A DNA stretch of 64,000 nt, taken from Myxococcota bacterium. Lineage in GTDB: Bacteria; Myxococcota_A; UBA9160; UBA6930. The position numbers were made by a program, and so were the translations under genes. The notes beneath the pieces were generated by a model that worked only from the letters and a program-made list of their open reading frames with translations, ran no database searches and had not been told where the DNA came from. This document shows, piece after piece, positions 49,161 through 60,382 of this stretch; positions within the stretch are counted from its first letter, which is position 1; every line of letters starts with the position of its first letter. The stretch lies in the NCBI GenBank assembly GCA_965223705.1, contig OZ245015.1, positions 1,536,001 through 1,600,000 on the forward strand. The letters run 5' to 3'.

Positions 49161-49658
49161 TTGCGAGCCCCCGACGAAGTCGTGAATGTGTCTCCCCGTG
49201 AATCCCCCACTGCCTTCGGGGAGGGACCCGTTCTGCGACTCATTCTCGCCATCGCAATCGCACTGGCCGGCGCGACGACTCTGGCTTGCAACACAGCGCC
49301 GCTCTTGCAGCCCGATCCGCTCGGCGGCGCGGGGTCGCTTCGCGCCAATCGCTCCGCGGTGATCAAAGGCATCGCGCGTCGCAACTGGGAACGCGTCCGC
49401 GAGGAGCCGGGCCTGCTGATCGCCCGCCTCACGAAGGGGCGTCATATCGCGGTGGTACGCATTCGATACGACGCGGAACAGATCGCCATCCGCTACGAGG
49501 ACAGCGAAGCCCTCAAATGCAAAGCCACGGGCGATTCGTGCTCGAAGATCCACCGCGCGTACAACCGCTGGGTCGCCCAGCTGCGCAAAGACATCGCCCG
49601 GCAGGTGACGCTCTCCGTGTTGGATCAGGACGTACCGCCAACTCAAGACCCGCTCTAG
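49161..49658 (+). CDS. Putative lipoprotein (start uncertain)
   Basis: Hydrophobic stretch ending TLAC; IHRAYNRWV. Confidence 0.6.
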   Translation: MRAPDEVVNVSPRESPTAFGEGPVLRLILAIAIALAGATTLACNTAPLLQPDPLGGAGSLRANRSAVIKGIARRNWERVREEPGLLIARLTKGRHIAVVRIRYDAEQIAIRYEDSEALKCKATGDSCSKIHRAYNRWVAQLRKDIARQVTLSVLDQDVPPTQDPL

Positions 49659-49766
49659 CCGAGCGGGCCGGTGGTCCTCTTCTGCGACCATCAATTGGCT
49701 CTACACACCGCGAATCTTTCCCCATAGACTTGGGTGTTGCGGGGGAGGTATGGACCGGGAGCTTTT

Positions 49767-50180
49767 ATGAAGCGCACGATGATTTTCCTTGCGGGGAGCG
49801 CTGCACTCGCGTTGCTCTCATTCACAGCATGGGCACACGGAACGCACGGCGAAGCGGGAACGAACGTCGAACCGGTCCTCTCGACCGAGCTCCTCGAGAC
49901 GGACGGGAAGCACGTGACCGCGGTCGTGGTGACCGTCGAGCCGGGGGCGCATTTCGATCCCCACCGTCATCCGGGCACCGTCCTCGTGTATGTGCTCGAG
50001 GGGGAGATCGAATCCGCACTCGACGAAGAAGACCCCATCACTTTCACCGCCGGCCAGGCCTGGTCCGAGCCCGTCGGCGTCTTGCATCGCGTGACCAAGA
50101 ACAGCAGCGACGAGCGGGCGCGGCTTCTCGCCGTGCTGGTCCACGATAAAGACGCATCGCTTCAGCTTCCGGCCGAGTAG
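49767..50180 (+). CDS. Exported cupin-domain protein
   Basis: Signal peptide; PHRHPG...YVLEG...E....H. Confidence 0.85.
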   Translation: MKRTMIFLAGSAALALLSFTAWAHGTHGEAGTNVEPVLSTELLETDGKHVTAVVVTVEPGAHFDPHRHPGTVLVYVLEGEIESALDEEDPITFTAGQAWSEPVGVLHRVTKNSSDERARLLAVLVHDKDASLQLPAE

Positions 50181-50190
50181 GAGAGCATCC

Positions 50191-50751
50191 ATGCCCCGCA
50201 TCCGCGAGCTATCGAAAAGCGAGGCGGCGCCCTCGGTCGCGAAGATGATGAGCGCCCAAGAGGATTATTTCGGGTTCGTGCTCAATCCGCTCAAGGTGAT
50301 GGGGTTCTGCCCGACGATTGCCGAAGGCGCGAACGCGTTGATGGAGGGGATCGATCGCGCCGGTGCCCTCGAAGCGAAGCTGCACTCTCTCCTCAACGCG
50401 AGGGTGGCGTCGCTCAATGGGTGTCCGTTCTGACTGGACCTCAATGCATCCAGGGGGATGCAACAAGGCCTGTCGGAAGATCAGATCGCCGGACTCGACG
50501 AATACCCGACGAGCTCGCACTTCTCGACGCGCGAGAAGTTGGCCCTTGAGTACGCGGACCGGATCACGCAAAGCGACCGAGACGTCGACGAGGCGTTCTT
50601 CGCGAAGCTCGAGAAGGAGTTTTCAACGCCCGAGGAGATCGTGGAACTGACCGCGGTCGTGGCGTTCGAGAATTTCCGAAGCAAATTCAATCACGCGCTG
50701 CTGGTGGAGTCGAACGGCACCTGTCGCATCGATCTGAAGCCCCGAGGCTGA
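50191..50751 (+). CDS. AhpD/carboxymuconolactone-decarboxylase-like selenoprotein (CPFU, Sec at TGA 50431-50433)
   Basis: Two in-frame ORFs joined across one TGA in NGCPF*LD; hairpin 11 nt downstream. Confidence 0.85.
50445..50462 (+). promoter_or_regulatory. Putative bacterial SECIS hairpin
   Basis: TGCATCC-AGGG-GGATGCA starting 11 nt after the UGA. Confidence 0.7.
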
Positions 50752-50754
50752 GCT

Positions 50755-51180
50755 CTAGCCCGCGCCGACCGGCCGAAACATCGGAAGCTTCTGCCCTTCC
50801 GGGTGGGTGACGAAGTACGCTTCCACCGGTAAGTCGAATGCGACGTCGTCCGGATCGATGTCCGTCAGGTTCGAGATCATCCGCAGCCCCGCCTGCTCCT
50901 CGAGCTCGATCTCCGCGACGACGTAGGGCACGCGATCGACGGCGGCGGGGTGGACGGGGTGCGTGACCACCGTCCAGGTCGTCACGCGGCCGCGTCCCGA
51001 GAGCGGCGTCCAGTGCAAGTCGGAGCTCTGGCAGGCGGTGCACAAAGGGCCCGGCATCCAGCGTATGTGTCCGCAATCCGCGCATCGCTGCATCGCGATT
51101 TCTTCGCGGTTACACGCTTCCCAGTAAGGCTCGGCGTCGAGATCGGGAACCGGGAAGGGAAAGCTCGGTTGCTCGGGCAT
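50755..51180 (-). CDS. Zn-ribbon/OB-fold protein (DUF35/ChsH2-like)
   Basis: CADC...P...CTAC, G.V.TWT, PY. Confidence 0.85.
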   Translation of the reverse strand: MPEQPSFPFPVPDLDAEPYWEACNREEIAMQRCADCGHIRWMPGPLCTACQSSDLHWTPLSGRGRVTTWTVVTHPVHPAAVDRVPYVVAEIELEEQAGLRMISNLTDIDPDDVAFDLPVEAYFVTHPEGQKLPMFRPVGAG

Positions 51181-51273
51181 AGGCCAGGGATTCTACCGCG
51201 GCCGGCGTCGCGTCGGCTCGGGAGGCGACACTTCGGTAAGCTCCGCCTCGCAAACCATCGATAGGACCGCTTC

Positions 51274-52480
<1,207 letters not shown>

Positions 52481-52491
<11 letters not shown>

Positions 52492-53338
52492 CTCGCTGCG
52501 CGTTCAGTCCCCAGTCGTAGGGGATGAACGCGATGTCGCAGTCCGCGCAGGCGGCGAGCTCTTCGCGCAGGCGCTCCCCGGCGAAGAGCGCCACGTAGCG
52601 CTCGAGCGTCGGAGGTTGCTCCGCGACGTTGCGCTCGAGCCAACCGGTAAAGTCGTTCTCGTACCAGTCGAAGATGCTCGAGATCTGAATCTCGCGCTTC
52701 GCAGCATCGATCACGACATGGCGCGGGTCGGCCACGAAGTCCCTCGCTTCGCGGTTGAGCTGCTTCTCGAGCTTGACGCCGGTAAACGCTTCCTGGGGGA
52801 GCCGCGGGCAACCGATCGATGCGCAGTTGAGCGCGAAATGGATCCGCGGATCATCGAAACGCTTGCGGATCACGCGATTCTCGAGAGCGTAGAGAGACGT
52901 TCGCCGACCGCCGAGGGTGATCCGCTGAAGCAGAAAAAAGCCGGTGCCCTCCGGCGCGAAGAACAGGACCGACGGCGCTCGCACCGAGCGGACGCTGTCG
53001 ATCGGGTAGTGATCGAGAACCGTGGCGATCGTCCACGCGTTGTAAGCGTTGATCCAGTACGCGAGCTGGTGCGCTTCCGTGGGGAAAGCCGACGCGTCGG
53101 AATCGGGGCTCGTCTTTGCGATCGCTGCGAGGTAGCGATCGAGGTCGCTACGGTCGTCTCGCGCCGCCGGGTAGTCGACGCGACCGTCGCGATCGACGTA
53201 GCGGCCGACGAAAGCGTCCCAGGCGTCGTGCGAGAAGACGGTGTCGGAAGGGGCGAGCGGTACGTCCGGGCGAGGGACCGGGACGGTGGAGCAAGCCGTG
53301 AGCCAGAGCGCGAGTGAGATGGCGATCGCCCGCGCCAT
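52481..53338 (-). CDS. DUF547-domain lipoprotein
   Basis: [30 protein letters not shown]; lipobox LTAC. Confidence 0.88.
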
Positions 53339-54699
53339 CACACCGAGTGCTCTCGCTTGAAGCGGTCATACCACTGATTTCGTAGGTCGGTGGCATTGAC
53401 GCGACACATCGAGTGCAGCTCCCCGTCCATGGCGACTTTGAAGGCGCAGCTCGCTTCGCGTTCTCGCCCGCGCTCGCTTTCGAGCTCGTCGCGGTTCATG
53501 AAGTGGTGGCTCACGATGTTGAGATAGTGAACCCGCGCGCGTTGTGTCACCAGCGTCGCGAGGCCGCGCGGGGCAGATCCACCGGTCGCGCGTCGAATCC
53601 AGCGAATTCCCCACGCTGGCAGTCCGCCGAAGACGAGTCTCGGATAACGCCGTGCGAGGCCGATTCCGCGGGCGATCGCGACGGCTCGCGAGTCGCGTCG
53701 GAATGTCAACCCGCCCCACGCGGCGAGCAGTGCGCGGCGGAGTTCGAGATCCCGCGCATCGCTGCTATCGAGCAAGGTTTCGAAACGGCTCGGTCCGCCT
53801 TTCTCAGTCCACACAGCGCCCTGCACGAAGCGGCTGCAATCCGGGTCTCCCAGGAACCCCCGGGCGCGCTCGAGTTCGCCCTCTTCACGCGCGAGCCCGC
53901 GCGCGATTTCTTTCCACAACGCTTCGACGGCGACTGGAGCGCGCAGCTCCGCTCGCGTTCGACCCACGGCCGCGACCGGTTGGAAGCTCACCATCGAAAA
54001 CGCGTCCGCGTTTTCGACGCACCACGCGACGATCGATGCGACGCCTGACAAGTTCTCTCGCGTAACCGTGACCGTGGAGGCAACGTGAAGCGGCTGTCCC
54101 GTACGGCGCCGTACGAACCGGATGAGTTCGGCGAACTCATCCCGCAGCGGCATCAGCTTGGCTTCGTCGTCGACTTTCGCGTACGAGCTGTCGCGCCGAC
54201 CGCGTTGCGTCGTATCGATGTGAATCGAAAGCTCCCGCAGGCCGCCTTCCACCATGAGTCGTTCAAGGCGTTCGGGTTGCTGCCGGAAGCTCTCGCCGTG
54301 GCTCATCAGCATCGGAACCAGTTTCAACTGACGCGCTCGGCGGACGATCTCGATCAGTTCGCCCGGCTCTCGCAACGCGACTTCACCGTCGGTCAGTTGG
54401 AGGTTGCCACCCGGGCCGAGCCACTCCGCAAGCGTCTCGAGCTGCTCTGAGATCGCAGCGACCGGAAGCGCGGGCACCGCGTTCGCCGACGCTCCCAAGT
54501 AGCAGCCGCGACATGAAAAATCGCACCGCGGCATCGCGCCGATGGTGGCGCCACAGCCCGCGTACTGGCGCCCCAGAAATTGGCGCTCCGAACGCAGCCT
54601 CTCGGGCACCGAGTCCCAGGCCCGAGCGAGCGCTCGCCGCGATGCTTCCGCAACCGGAGTGTGCAGGGCCGACCAGACACGCAAGAGGGAGTGCCGCAT
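53338..54699 (-). CDS. Radical SAM protein of unknown function
   Basis: CDFSCRGC; IHIDTTQRGR; C-terminal HHFM...C...C. Confidence 0.85.
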   Translation of the reverse strand: MRHSLLRVWSALHTPVAEASRRALARAWDSVPERLRSERQFLGRQYAGCGATIGAMPRCDFSCRGCYLGASANAVPALPVAAISEQLETLAEWLGPGGNLQLTDGEVALREPGELIEIVRRARQLKLVPMLMSHGESFRQQPERLERLMVEGGLRELSIHIDTTQRGRRDSSYAKVDDEAKLMPLRDEFAELIRFVRRRTGQPLHVASTVTVTRENLSGVASIVAWCVENADAFSMVSFQPVAAVGRTRAELRAPVAVEALWKEIARGLAREEGELERARGFLGDPDCSRFVQGAVWTEKGGPSRFETLLDSSDARDLELRRALLAAWGGLTFRRDSRAVAIARGIGLARRYPRLVFGGLPAWGIRWIRRATGGSAPRGLATLVTQRARVHYLNIVSHHFMNRDELESERGREREASCAFKVAMDGELHSMCRVNATDLRNQWYDRFKREHSV

Positions 54700-54753
54700 C
54701 CCGCGAGACAGTACGCAGAGAGGAGCCCGCGGTTACGCCGCGCGCTTCCGTTC

Positions 54754-56817
54754 TTACCAGCGCTTTCCGAGAAGCGCCCGGAAGCCGTCGGCTTCGAGCG
54801 CGCCGCTGATGAGGAAGCCCTGAATTTCGTCACAGCCGTGCTGGTCGAGCCAGTCCGCTTGGGCTTCGTCGTCGACACCCTCGGCGACCGTTCGGATACC
54901 GAGGGACGAAGACATCTCGATCAGCGCTTTGACGACTCCCGCCGCATCATCGTTGTGCGGGACGTTCTTCAGCAAGCAGCGATCGATCTTCAAGGTGTCG
55001 ATCGGGAACTGCAAGAGGTAGGAGAGCGACGAGTATCCCGTCCCGAAGTCGTCGAGGGCGATGCGCAAACCGATCGAGCGCAACAAGCGCAAGGTCTCGC
55101 CAATGGCCTCAGCCTTCCCGAGAAAGAGGTTTTCGGTGATTTCGAGTTCCAAGTGCTTCGGGGGCGTCCGGTAGCGGCTCAGCGTGTCCGACACCCACTC
55201 GACGACGTTCTCCCGAAGGAACTGCTGGGGCGAGACGTTGACCGAGATGACAAAGTCTTCGTACCCGGCGTTCAACCAGGCCCGCACCTGTTCGCACGCC
55301 ATCTCGAGGACGCGGCGCCCGAGCGGAATGATGAGCCCGGTACTTTCCGCGACCGGAATAAACTCCGCGGGGCTCACCTGGCCGAGGGAATTGTCCTTCC
55401 ATCGGGCGAGGGCCTCGCCGCCCGAGACGCGGCCTTCTTGAAGATCCAGCCTCGGTTGGTAGTGCACGTGAACTTCGTCGCGGGCGACCGCCCGACGAAG
55501 CGCCGAAGCGACGTTCAGCCGCCGCAGTGACGCCGTGTCCATCGACTCGTCGTAGAAGGCGTAGTTGTTCGGGCCCCGCGACTTGGCCTGATACATCGCT
55601 TGGTCGGCGTGGGTGAAGAGCTCTTCCGCGCTCTTGGCGTCGGCGGGGAACATCGAGATGCCGATACTTCCGGATACGGCGACTTCGTGGTCGTCGATGA
55701 GAATGGGCTCCGCCAAGATCGCCGCCAGGCGGTCGGCGACGATCTCGGTGCCCGGCGCCCCGTCGACTTTCGTTAGGAGCAGCGCGAATTCGTCGCCTCC
55801 GAGACGAGAGACGGCGGGCTTTTCGGCCGTTCCGCACCGCGCGAGGGCGTCGGACGAACGGATATGGCTCAGAATGCGTTCCGCGACGTGGGTCAGCAGC
55901 TGGTCGCCGGCGGCGTGGCCCAGGGAGTCGTTTACGGTCTTGAAGCCGTCGAGGTCGATAAAGAGAAGCGCCATCTCGTGTTGGCTGCGACGCGCGGCGT
56001 GGACGCAGTGATCGATGCGTTCGACGAAGGCGCGACGATTCGGGAGCCCCGTCAGCGTGTCGTGGTCCGCCAGGTAACGCATGCGGCGGAACAGCATCGC
56101 CTGTTCTGTGACGTCTTGGACCGTTCCGAAGATGCGCCGACCTTCGGATAGACCGCGCATCCGCACCGTGAGCTCGCGCCCGTCGGACGCGCACAGCCGG
56201 TGCTCGAGGTCGAAACGCGTTCCTTCCTGGCGGGTTCGTTCGAGCGCTTTGAACACACGGTCGACGTCGCCGTCGTGAACGAACCGGATGTAGTGGGTCG
56301 AGCTGTTGGCGTCTCGGGCGAGGTCCGAACCGAGGATGTCCCTCGCCTGACGCGACCAGTGCAGCGCGTCGCTGTCGAGATTCCAGCGCCAGGAGCCCAC
56401 TTCTCCGATGCGCTCCCACCGAGCGGCGTCGTCGATGCTCGGTTCGGGCGGGCGTGTCGCGGCGAGCAAGCGGTTGATCCGGAAGCGCGCGGACGCTTCA
56501 TCGGAAAGCCCACGCGACCAATCGACGTTCGGTAGCACTTCGGAAACGCTGGTCGGCGGCGGTGCACTGCTCAACCAAATGGTCGGCGGCATTGGAAGTC
56601 GCTTCGCGATCATCTCGAGCCAGCGCGGAAGATTAGGGCCGATTCTGGCATCGAGAATGACGATGTCCGCGCTGCGCGACGCGATGAACGATTCCGCGTC
56701 CCGGGCTTTGCTCGTGACGATCAATTCGTATCCCGCCGACAACCGTTGGGTCGCCGCGAGACACATCGCCTCGTCTCGTGAGACCAATAGAAGTGTCAGG
56801 CGTTCCACTGAATCCAT
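54754..56817 (-). CDS. REC-like/PAS/GGDEF/EAL c-di-GMP enzyme
   Basis: DTLTGLPNR, RLGGDEF, EAL, DDFGTGYSS. Confidence 0.93.
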   Translation of the reverse strand: MDSVERLTLLLVSRDEAMCLAATQRLSAGYELIVTSKARDAESFIASRSADIVILDARIGPNLPRWLEMIAKRLPMPPTIWLSSAPPPTSVSEVLPNVDWSRGLSDEASARFRINRLLAATRPPEPSIDDAARWERIGEVGSWRWNLDSDALHWSRQARDILGSDLARDANSSTHYIRFVHDGDVDRVFKALERTRQEGTRFDLEHRLCASDGRELTVRMRGLSEGRRIFGTVQDVTEQAMLFRRMRYLADHDTLTGLPNRRAFVERIDHCVHAARRSQHEMALLFIDLDGFKTVNDSLGHAAGDQLLTHVAERILSHIRSSDALARCGTAEKPAVSRLGGDEFALLLTKVDGAPGTEIVADRLAAILAEPILIDDHEVAVSGSIGISMFPADAKSAEELFTHADQAMYQAKSRGPNNYAFYDESMDTASLRRLNVASALRRAVARDEVHVHYQPRLDLQEGRVSGGEALARWKDNSLGQVSPAEFIPVAESTGLIIPLGRRVLEMACEQVRAWLNAGYEDFVISVNVSPQQFLRENVVEWVSDTLSRYRTPPKHLELEITENLFLGKAEAIGETLRLLRSIGLRIALDDFGTGYSSLSYLLQFPIDTLKIDRCLLKNVPHNDDAAGVVKALIEMSSSLGIRTVAEGVDDEAQADWLDQHGCDEIQGFLISGALEADGFRALLGKRW

Positions 56818-56971
56818 ACCGCTCGTAGGGCGTATCGACCGCGTCGGGCCCTAGCTCAAGCGCGCACGCTCACTTGGCGGTCGATCCTGCCTAGGGCATT
56901 CTCCTCCGGAACTTCCCCAGGTCGGACAGGACGAGCGCCTTTCCCTTGGGGGCCAACCAGGGCCCAAACCG

Positions 56972-58291
56972 ATGGCGAGCACCGCGAAGCAAGAAGCCGA
57001 CGAACTCTTGGTCGATGTTGAAGAGACGGGGGCGATCCAACGAGACGTCCGTGTCACGGTCCCCGAAAAGCGCGTCAAGCGCGCTTTCGAGAAGGCCTAC
57101 CGTCAGCTCGGGCGCCAGGTCGTCGTGAAGGGGTTTCGCCCCGGTAAAGCGCCACGCTCGGTGTTGGAAAAACTCTACGGGCCGTCGATTGCCGAGGACG
57201 TCGAGAGGACAGTCGTCTCAGAAACCCTGGCCGACGCGTTCGAGCTGGCAGAGCTCGAGCCGGTCTCCGAGCCCTCCATCGACGCGGCGCTGCCGGAGAA
57301 CGGGAAGCCGCTGGTCTACACCGCGAGCGTGGAGGTGAAGCCCGTGATCTCCCTTCCGGAGCTCACCGGTCTGGCGGCTTCGCGCCCGGCGGTTTCCGTC
57401 GACGAGGACGCGGTGGATACCGAAATCAACCATTTGCGGGAGCGGCGCGCGCCGCTGGTCGATCAACCTGCGGACACCGCCGCCGCGACCGGGCAGTACC
57501 TGACGATCGACTACGTCGGGCGAATCGACGGGGAGGCCTTCGAAGGCGGGAGCGGGCAGGGCGTCACCCTCGAGCTCGGCAGCAACCGGTTCATTCCGGG
57601 CTTCGAGGAACAGCTCGAAGGCGCGAAGGCGGAAGAGGACCGCGAAGTGCGGGTCACGTTCCCGGAAGACTACGGCCACGACGAGTTGGCGGGGAAAGAC
57701 GCGGAGTTCGCCGTTCACGTCGCGAAGATCCAGGCACGCGAGCTGCCGACTGTCGACGATGCCTTTGCGAAAGACGTCGGCGACCACGAGTCCGTCGATG
57801 CGCTTCGCGCGCAAATTCGCTCCGACTTGGAGGAGCAGCAGAGCAAGCAAGCGGATCAGGAGCTCCGCCGGACATTGCTCGATTCCCTGCTCGACAAGAC
57901 CGTTTTCGATGTTCCCCAGGGTATGGTGGATCGGCAGCTCAACCACCGGCTCGAGATGGCAGCGCGTCAGCTCGGACAGGCGTTCGGCGACCAGCTCCCG
58001 GAGCAGCTCGCCCGCTGGCGGGAAGAATGGCGCGAGGGCGCCGAGCGCGAAGTGCGCGAGCACTTGGTCCTCGAGGCCGTCGCGAAGGAAAAGGGCTTCG
58101 AGGCTTCGGAGGAAGACATCTCCGCGCGCCTCGAGGAGATTGCACGAGAACAGGGCATCGACCTCGAACGGCTCCGCGGGGCGTACGACGAGCCGGGTAT
58201 GACCGAGGCGCTCGGCGCCGAAATCGCGTCGGAACGGGCGCTTGATTTCTTGCGCTCCGAGGCTAAGGTCGAAGAAGTTACGGGCACTTAG
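56972..58291 (+). CDS. tig: Trigger factor
   Basis: GFRPGKAP, FIPGFEEQL, FPEDY. Confidence 0.96.
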   Translation: MASTAKQEADELLVDVEETGAIQRDVRVTVPEKRVKRAFEKAYRQLGRQVVVKGFRPGKAPRSVLEKLYGPSIAEDVERTVVSETLADAFELAELEPVSEPSIDAALPENGKPLVYTASVEVKPVISLPELTGLAASRPAVSVDEDAVDTEINHLRERRAPLVDQPADTAAATGQYLTIDYVGRIDGEAFEGGSGQGVTLELGSNRFIPGFEEQLEGAKAEEDREVRVTFPEDYGHDELAGKDAEFAVHVAKIQARELPTVDDAFAKDVGDHESVDALRAQIRSDLEEQQSKQADQELRRTLLDSLLDKTVFDVPQGMVDRQLNHRLEMAARQLGQAFGDQLPEQLARWREEWREGAEREVREHLVLEAVAKEKGFEASEEDISARLEEIAREQGIDLERLRGAYDEPGMTEALGAEIASERALDFLRSEAKVEEVTGT

Positions 58292-58441
58292 GGGGGTAGC
58301 TGCCCGTACCGGAGAGTCCGCTGCGTGCCGGCGGGCTTCCCTCCACCGCACCGATGCACACTCCGCGGCGCCCCAACCCAAGGTCGGGCTTCCGCGCGGT
58401 GACACGCTAGCCTTGCAAGCTTGGCAAAGGAGTTTTGGGCC

Positions 58442-59065
58442 ATGCCCCTCGTCCCGATCGTCGTCGAGCAGAGCCACCGCGGAGAGCGCGCTTACGACAT
58501 CTATTCCCGTCTTCTGAAAGATCGGATCATCTTTCTGAGCGGGGGTATCGACGACGATGTCGCGAACTTGGTGATCGCCCAGCTGCTCTTCCTCGAGGCC
58601 GAAGATCCGGACCGGGACGTGCACCTGTACATCAATTCTCCGGGGGGATCGGTGACCTCCGGGCTCGCGATCTACGACACGATGAAATACATCCGCGCAG
58701 ACGTCTCGACGTTCTGCGTCGGCCAGGCAGCGTCGATGGGGGCGGTGCTCTTGGCCTGCGGCGACAAGGGCAAGCGAATCGCGCTGCCGAACTCGCGCGT
58801 CATGATCCATCAGCCGTGGGGCGGATTTCAGGGACAGGCAACCGATATCGATATCCAGGCACGCGAGATCTTGAAAATGCGCGAGACCCTGAATCAGATC
58901 CTCGCGGACCATACCGGCAAGCCGTTCGAGGAGATCGCGCGGGATACGGAGCGCGACTACTATATGTCTGGCGAGGATGCGCGTGCGTACGGCCTGATCG
59001 ATCAGGTCGTGGAGCAGCGCCCCACACCGGCAGCCGATAGTTCGTCCAACGGCAACGATGGCTGA
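58442..59065 (+). CDS. clpP: Clp protease proteolytic subunit
   Basis: [28 protein letters not shown]. Confidence 0.97.
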   Translation: MPLVPIVVEQSHRGERAYDIYSRLLKDRIIFLSGGIDDDVANLVIAQLLFLEAEDPDRDVHLYINSPGGSVTSGLAIYDTMKYIRADVSTFCVGQAASMGAVLLACGDKGKRIALPNSRVMIHQPWGGFQGQATDIDIQAREILKMRETLNQILADHTGKPFEEIARDTERDYYMSGEDARAYGLIDQVVEQRPTPAADSSSNGNDG

Positions 59066-59107
59066 GCACCGAACTCGGCTCGCACCGGGTGAAAAAGGAG
59101 ACCTGCG

Positions 59108-60355
59108 GTGAAGAAGCGAGACGACGGCGCGAATCTGTCTTGCTCTTTCTGTGGAAAGAGTCAGAAAGAAGTGCGCAAGCTCATCGCAGGCCCCACCGTC
59201 TACATTTGCGATGAGTGCATTGAGCTCTGCAACGACATCATTGCAGAAGAGTACGGTCGCGAAGAAGGCCCCGAAGAGCGATCCGACGTCCCGAAGCCGC
59301 GGGAGATCAAGGCGATCCTCGACGAGTACGTCGTCGGCCAGGAGAACGCGAAGCGAACCCTTTCTGTCGCGGTGCACAACCACTACAAGCGCGTCGAAAA
59401 TCAGTCTCAGGTCGGCGACGTCGAGCTGCAGAAGTCGAACATCTTGCTGCTCGGCCCGACGGGCTCCGGTAAGACGCTGCTCGCGCAAACCCTGGCGAAG
59501 ATCCTCGATGTGCCGTTCACGATCGCCGATGCGACGACGCTGACCGAGGCGGGCTACGTCGGCGAAGACGTCGAGAACATCATCCTGAACCTGCTCCAGG
59601 CCGCGAACTACGACGTCGATCGCGCTCAGCGGGGCATCATCTACATCGACGAGATCGACAAGATCGCCCGCAAGAGCGAGAACCCCTCGATCACGCGCGA
59701 CGTCTCCGGCGAGGGCGTCCAGCAGGCCCTGCTCAAGATCATCGAGGGCACGACTGCCGCGGTCCCCCCGAAAGGGGGGCGGAAACACCCGCAGCAGGAG
59801 TTCTTGCAAATTGATACGTCGAACATTCTGTTCATCTGCGGCGGTGCGTTTGTCGATCTAGAAGGCGTGATCGAGCGACGGATCGGCGTAAACGGAATCG
59901 GCTTTGGCGGTCAGGTGAAGAGCAAGGAGAAGCAGCGTCTCGGTGCGCTTCTCTCTCAGGTTCGCCCGGAAGACCTCCTCAAGTTCGGCCTGATTCCGGA
60001 GTTCGTGGGTCGGATCCCCGTAATCGCCACGCTCGACGAGCTCGACGAAGACGCGCTGATCAGCATCCTGACGCAACCGAAAAACGCGTTGGTCAAGCAG
60101 TATCAGAAGCTCTTCGAGTTCGAAGATGTCCGGCTGCGCTTTACCGATGGCGCGTTGCGAGCCGTCGCGCGTCAAGCGCTGGCGCGAAAGGCTGGGGCGC
60201 GGGGTCTGCGGTCCATTCTCGAGGGCGCGATGCTCGACTTGATGTACGAGATTCCCTCCCGAGACGACATCGAAGAATGTGTGATCAACGAAGAAGTGAT
60301 TGAGCAGACGAGCGAACCCCTGCTCGTGTTCAAGCAGGAAGCGGAGTCGGCGTAA
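59108..60355 (+). CDS. clpX: Clp protease ATPase
   Basis: CSFC..C..C zinc finger, [11 protein letters not shown] loop. Confidence 0.98.
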   Translation: MKKRDDGANLSCSFCGKSQKEVRKLIAGPTVYICDECIELCNDIIAEEYGREEGPEERSDVPKPREIKAILDEYVVGQENAKRTLSVAVHNHYKRVENQSQVGDVELQKSNILLLGPTGSGKTLLAQTLAKILDVPFTIADATTLTEAGYVGEDVENIILNLLQAANYDVDRAQRGIIYIDEIDKIARKSENPSITRDVSGEGVQQALLKIIEGTTAAVPPKGGRKHPQQEFLQIDTSNILFICGGAFVDLEGVIERRIGVNGIGFGGQVKSKEKQRLGALLSQVRPEDLLKFGLIPEFVGRIPVIATLDELDEDALISILTQPKNALVKQYQKLFEFEDVRLRFTDGALRAVARQALARKAGARGLRSILEGAMLDLMYEIPSRDDIEECVINEEVIEQTSEPLLVFKQEAESA

Positions 60356-60382
60356 CCCCCTGCGCCGCCCACGGAGGCGGAG

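Noticed and set aside
57218..59809. 863-aa minus-strand ORF (and 60386-61963)
   Set aside because: Antisense shadows of tig/clpP/clpX and lon
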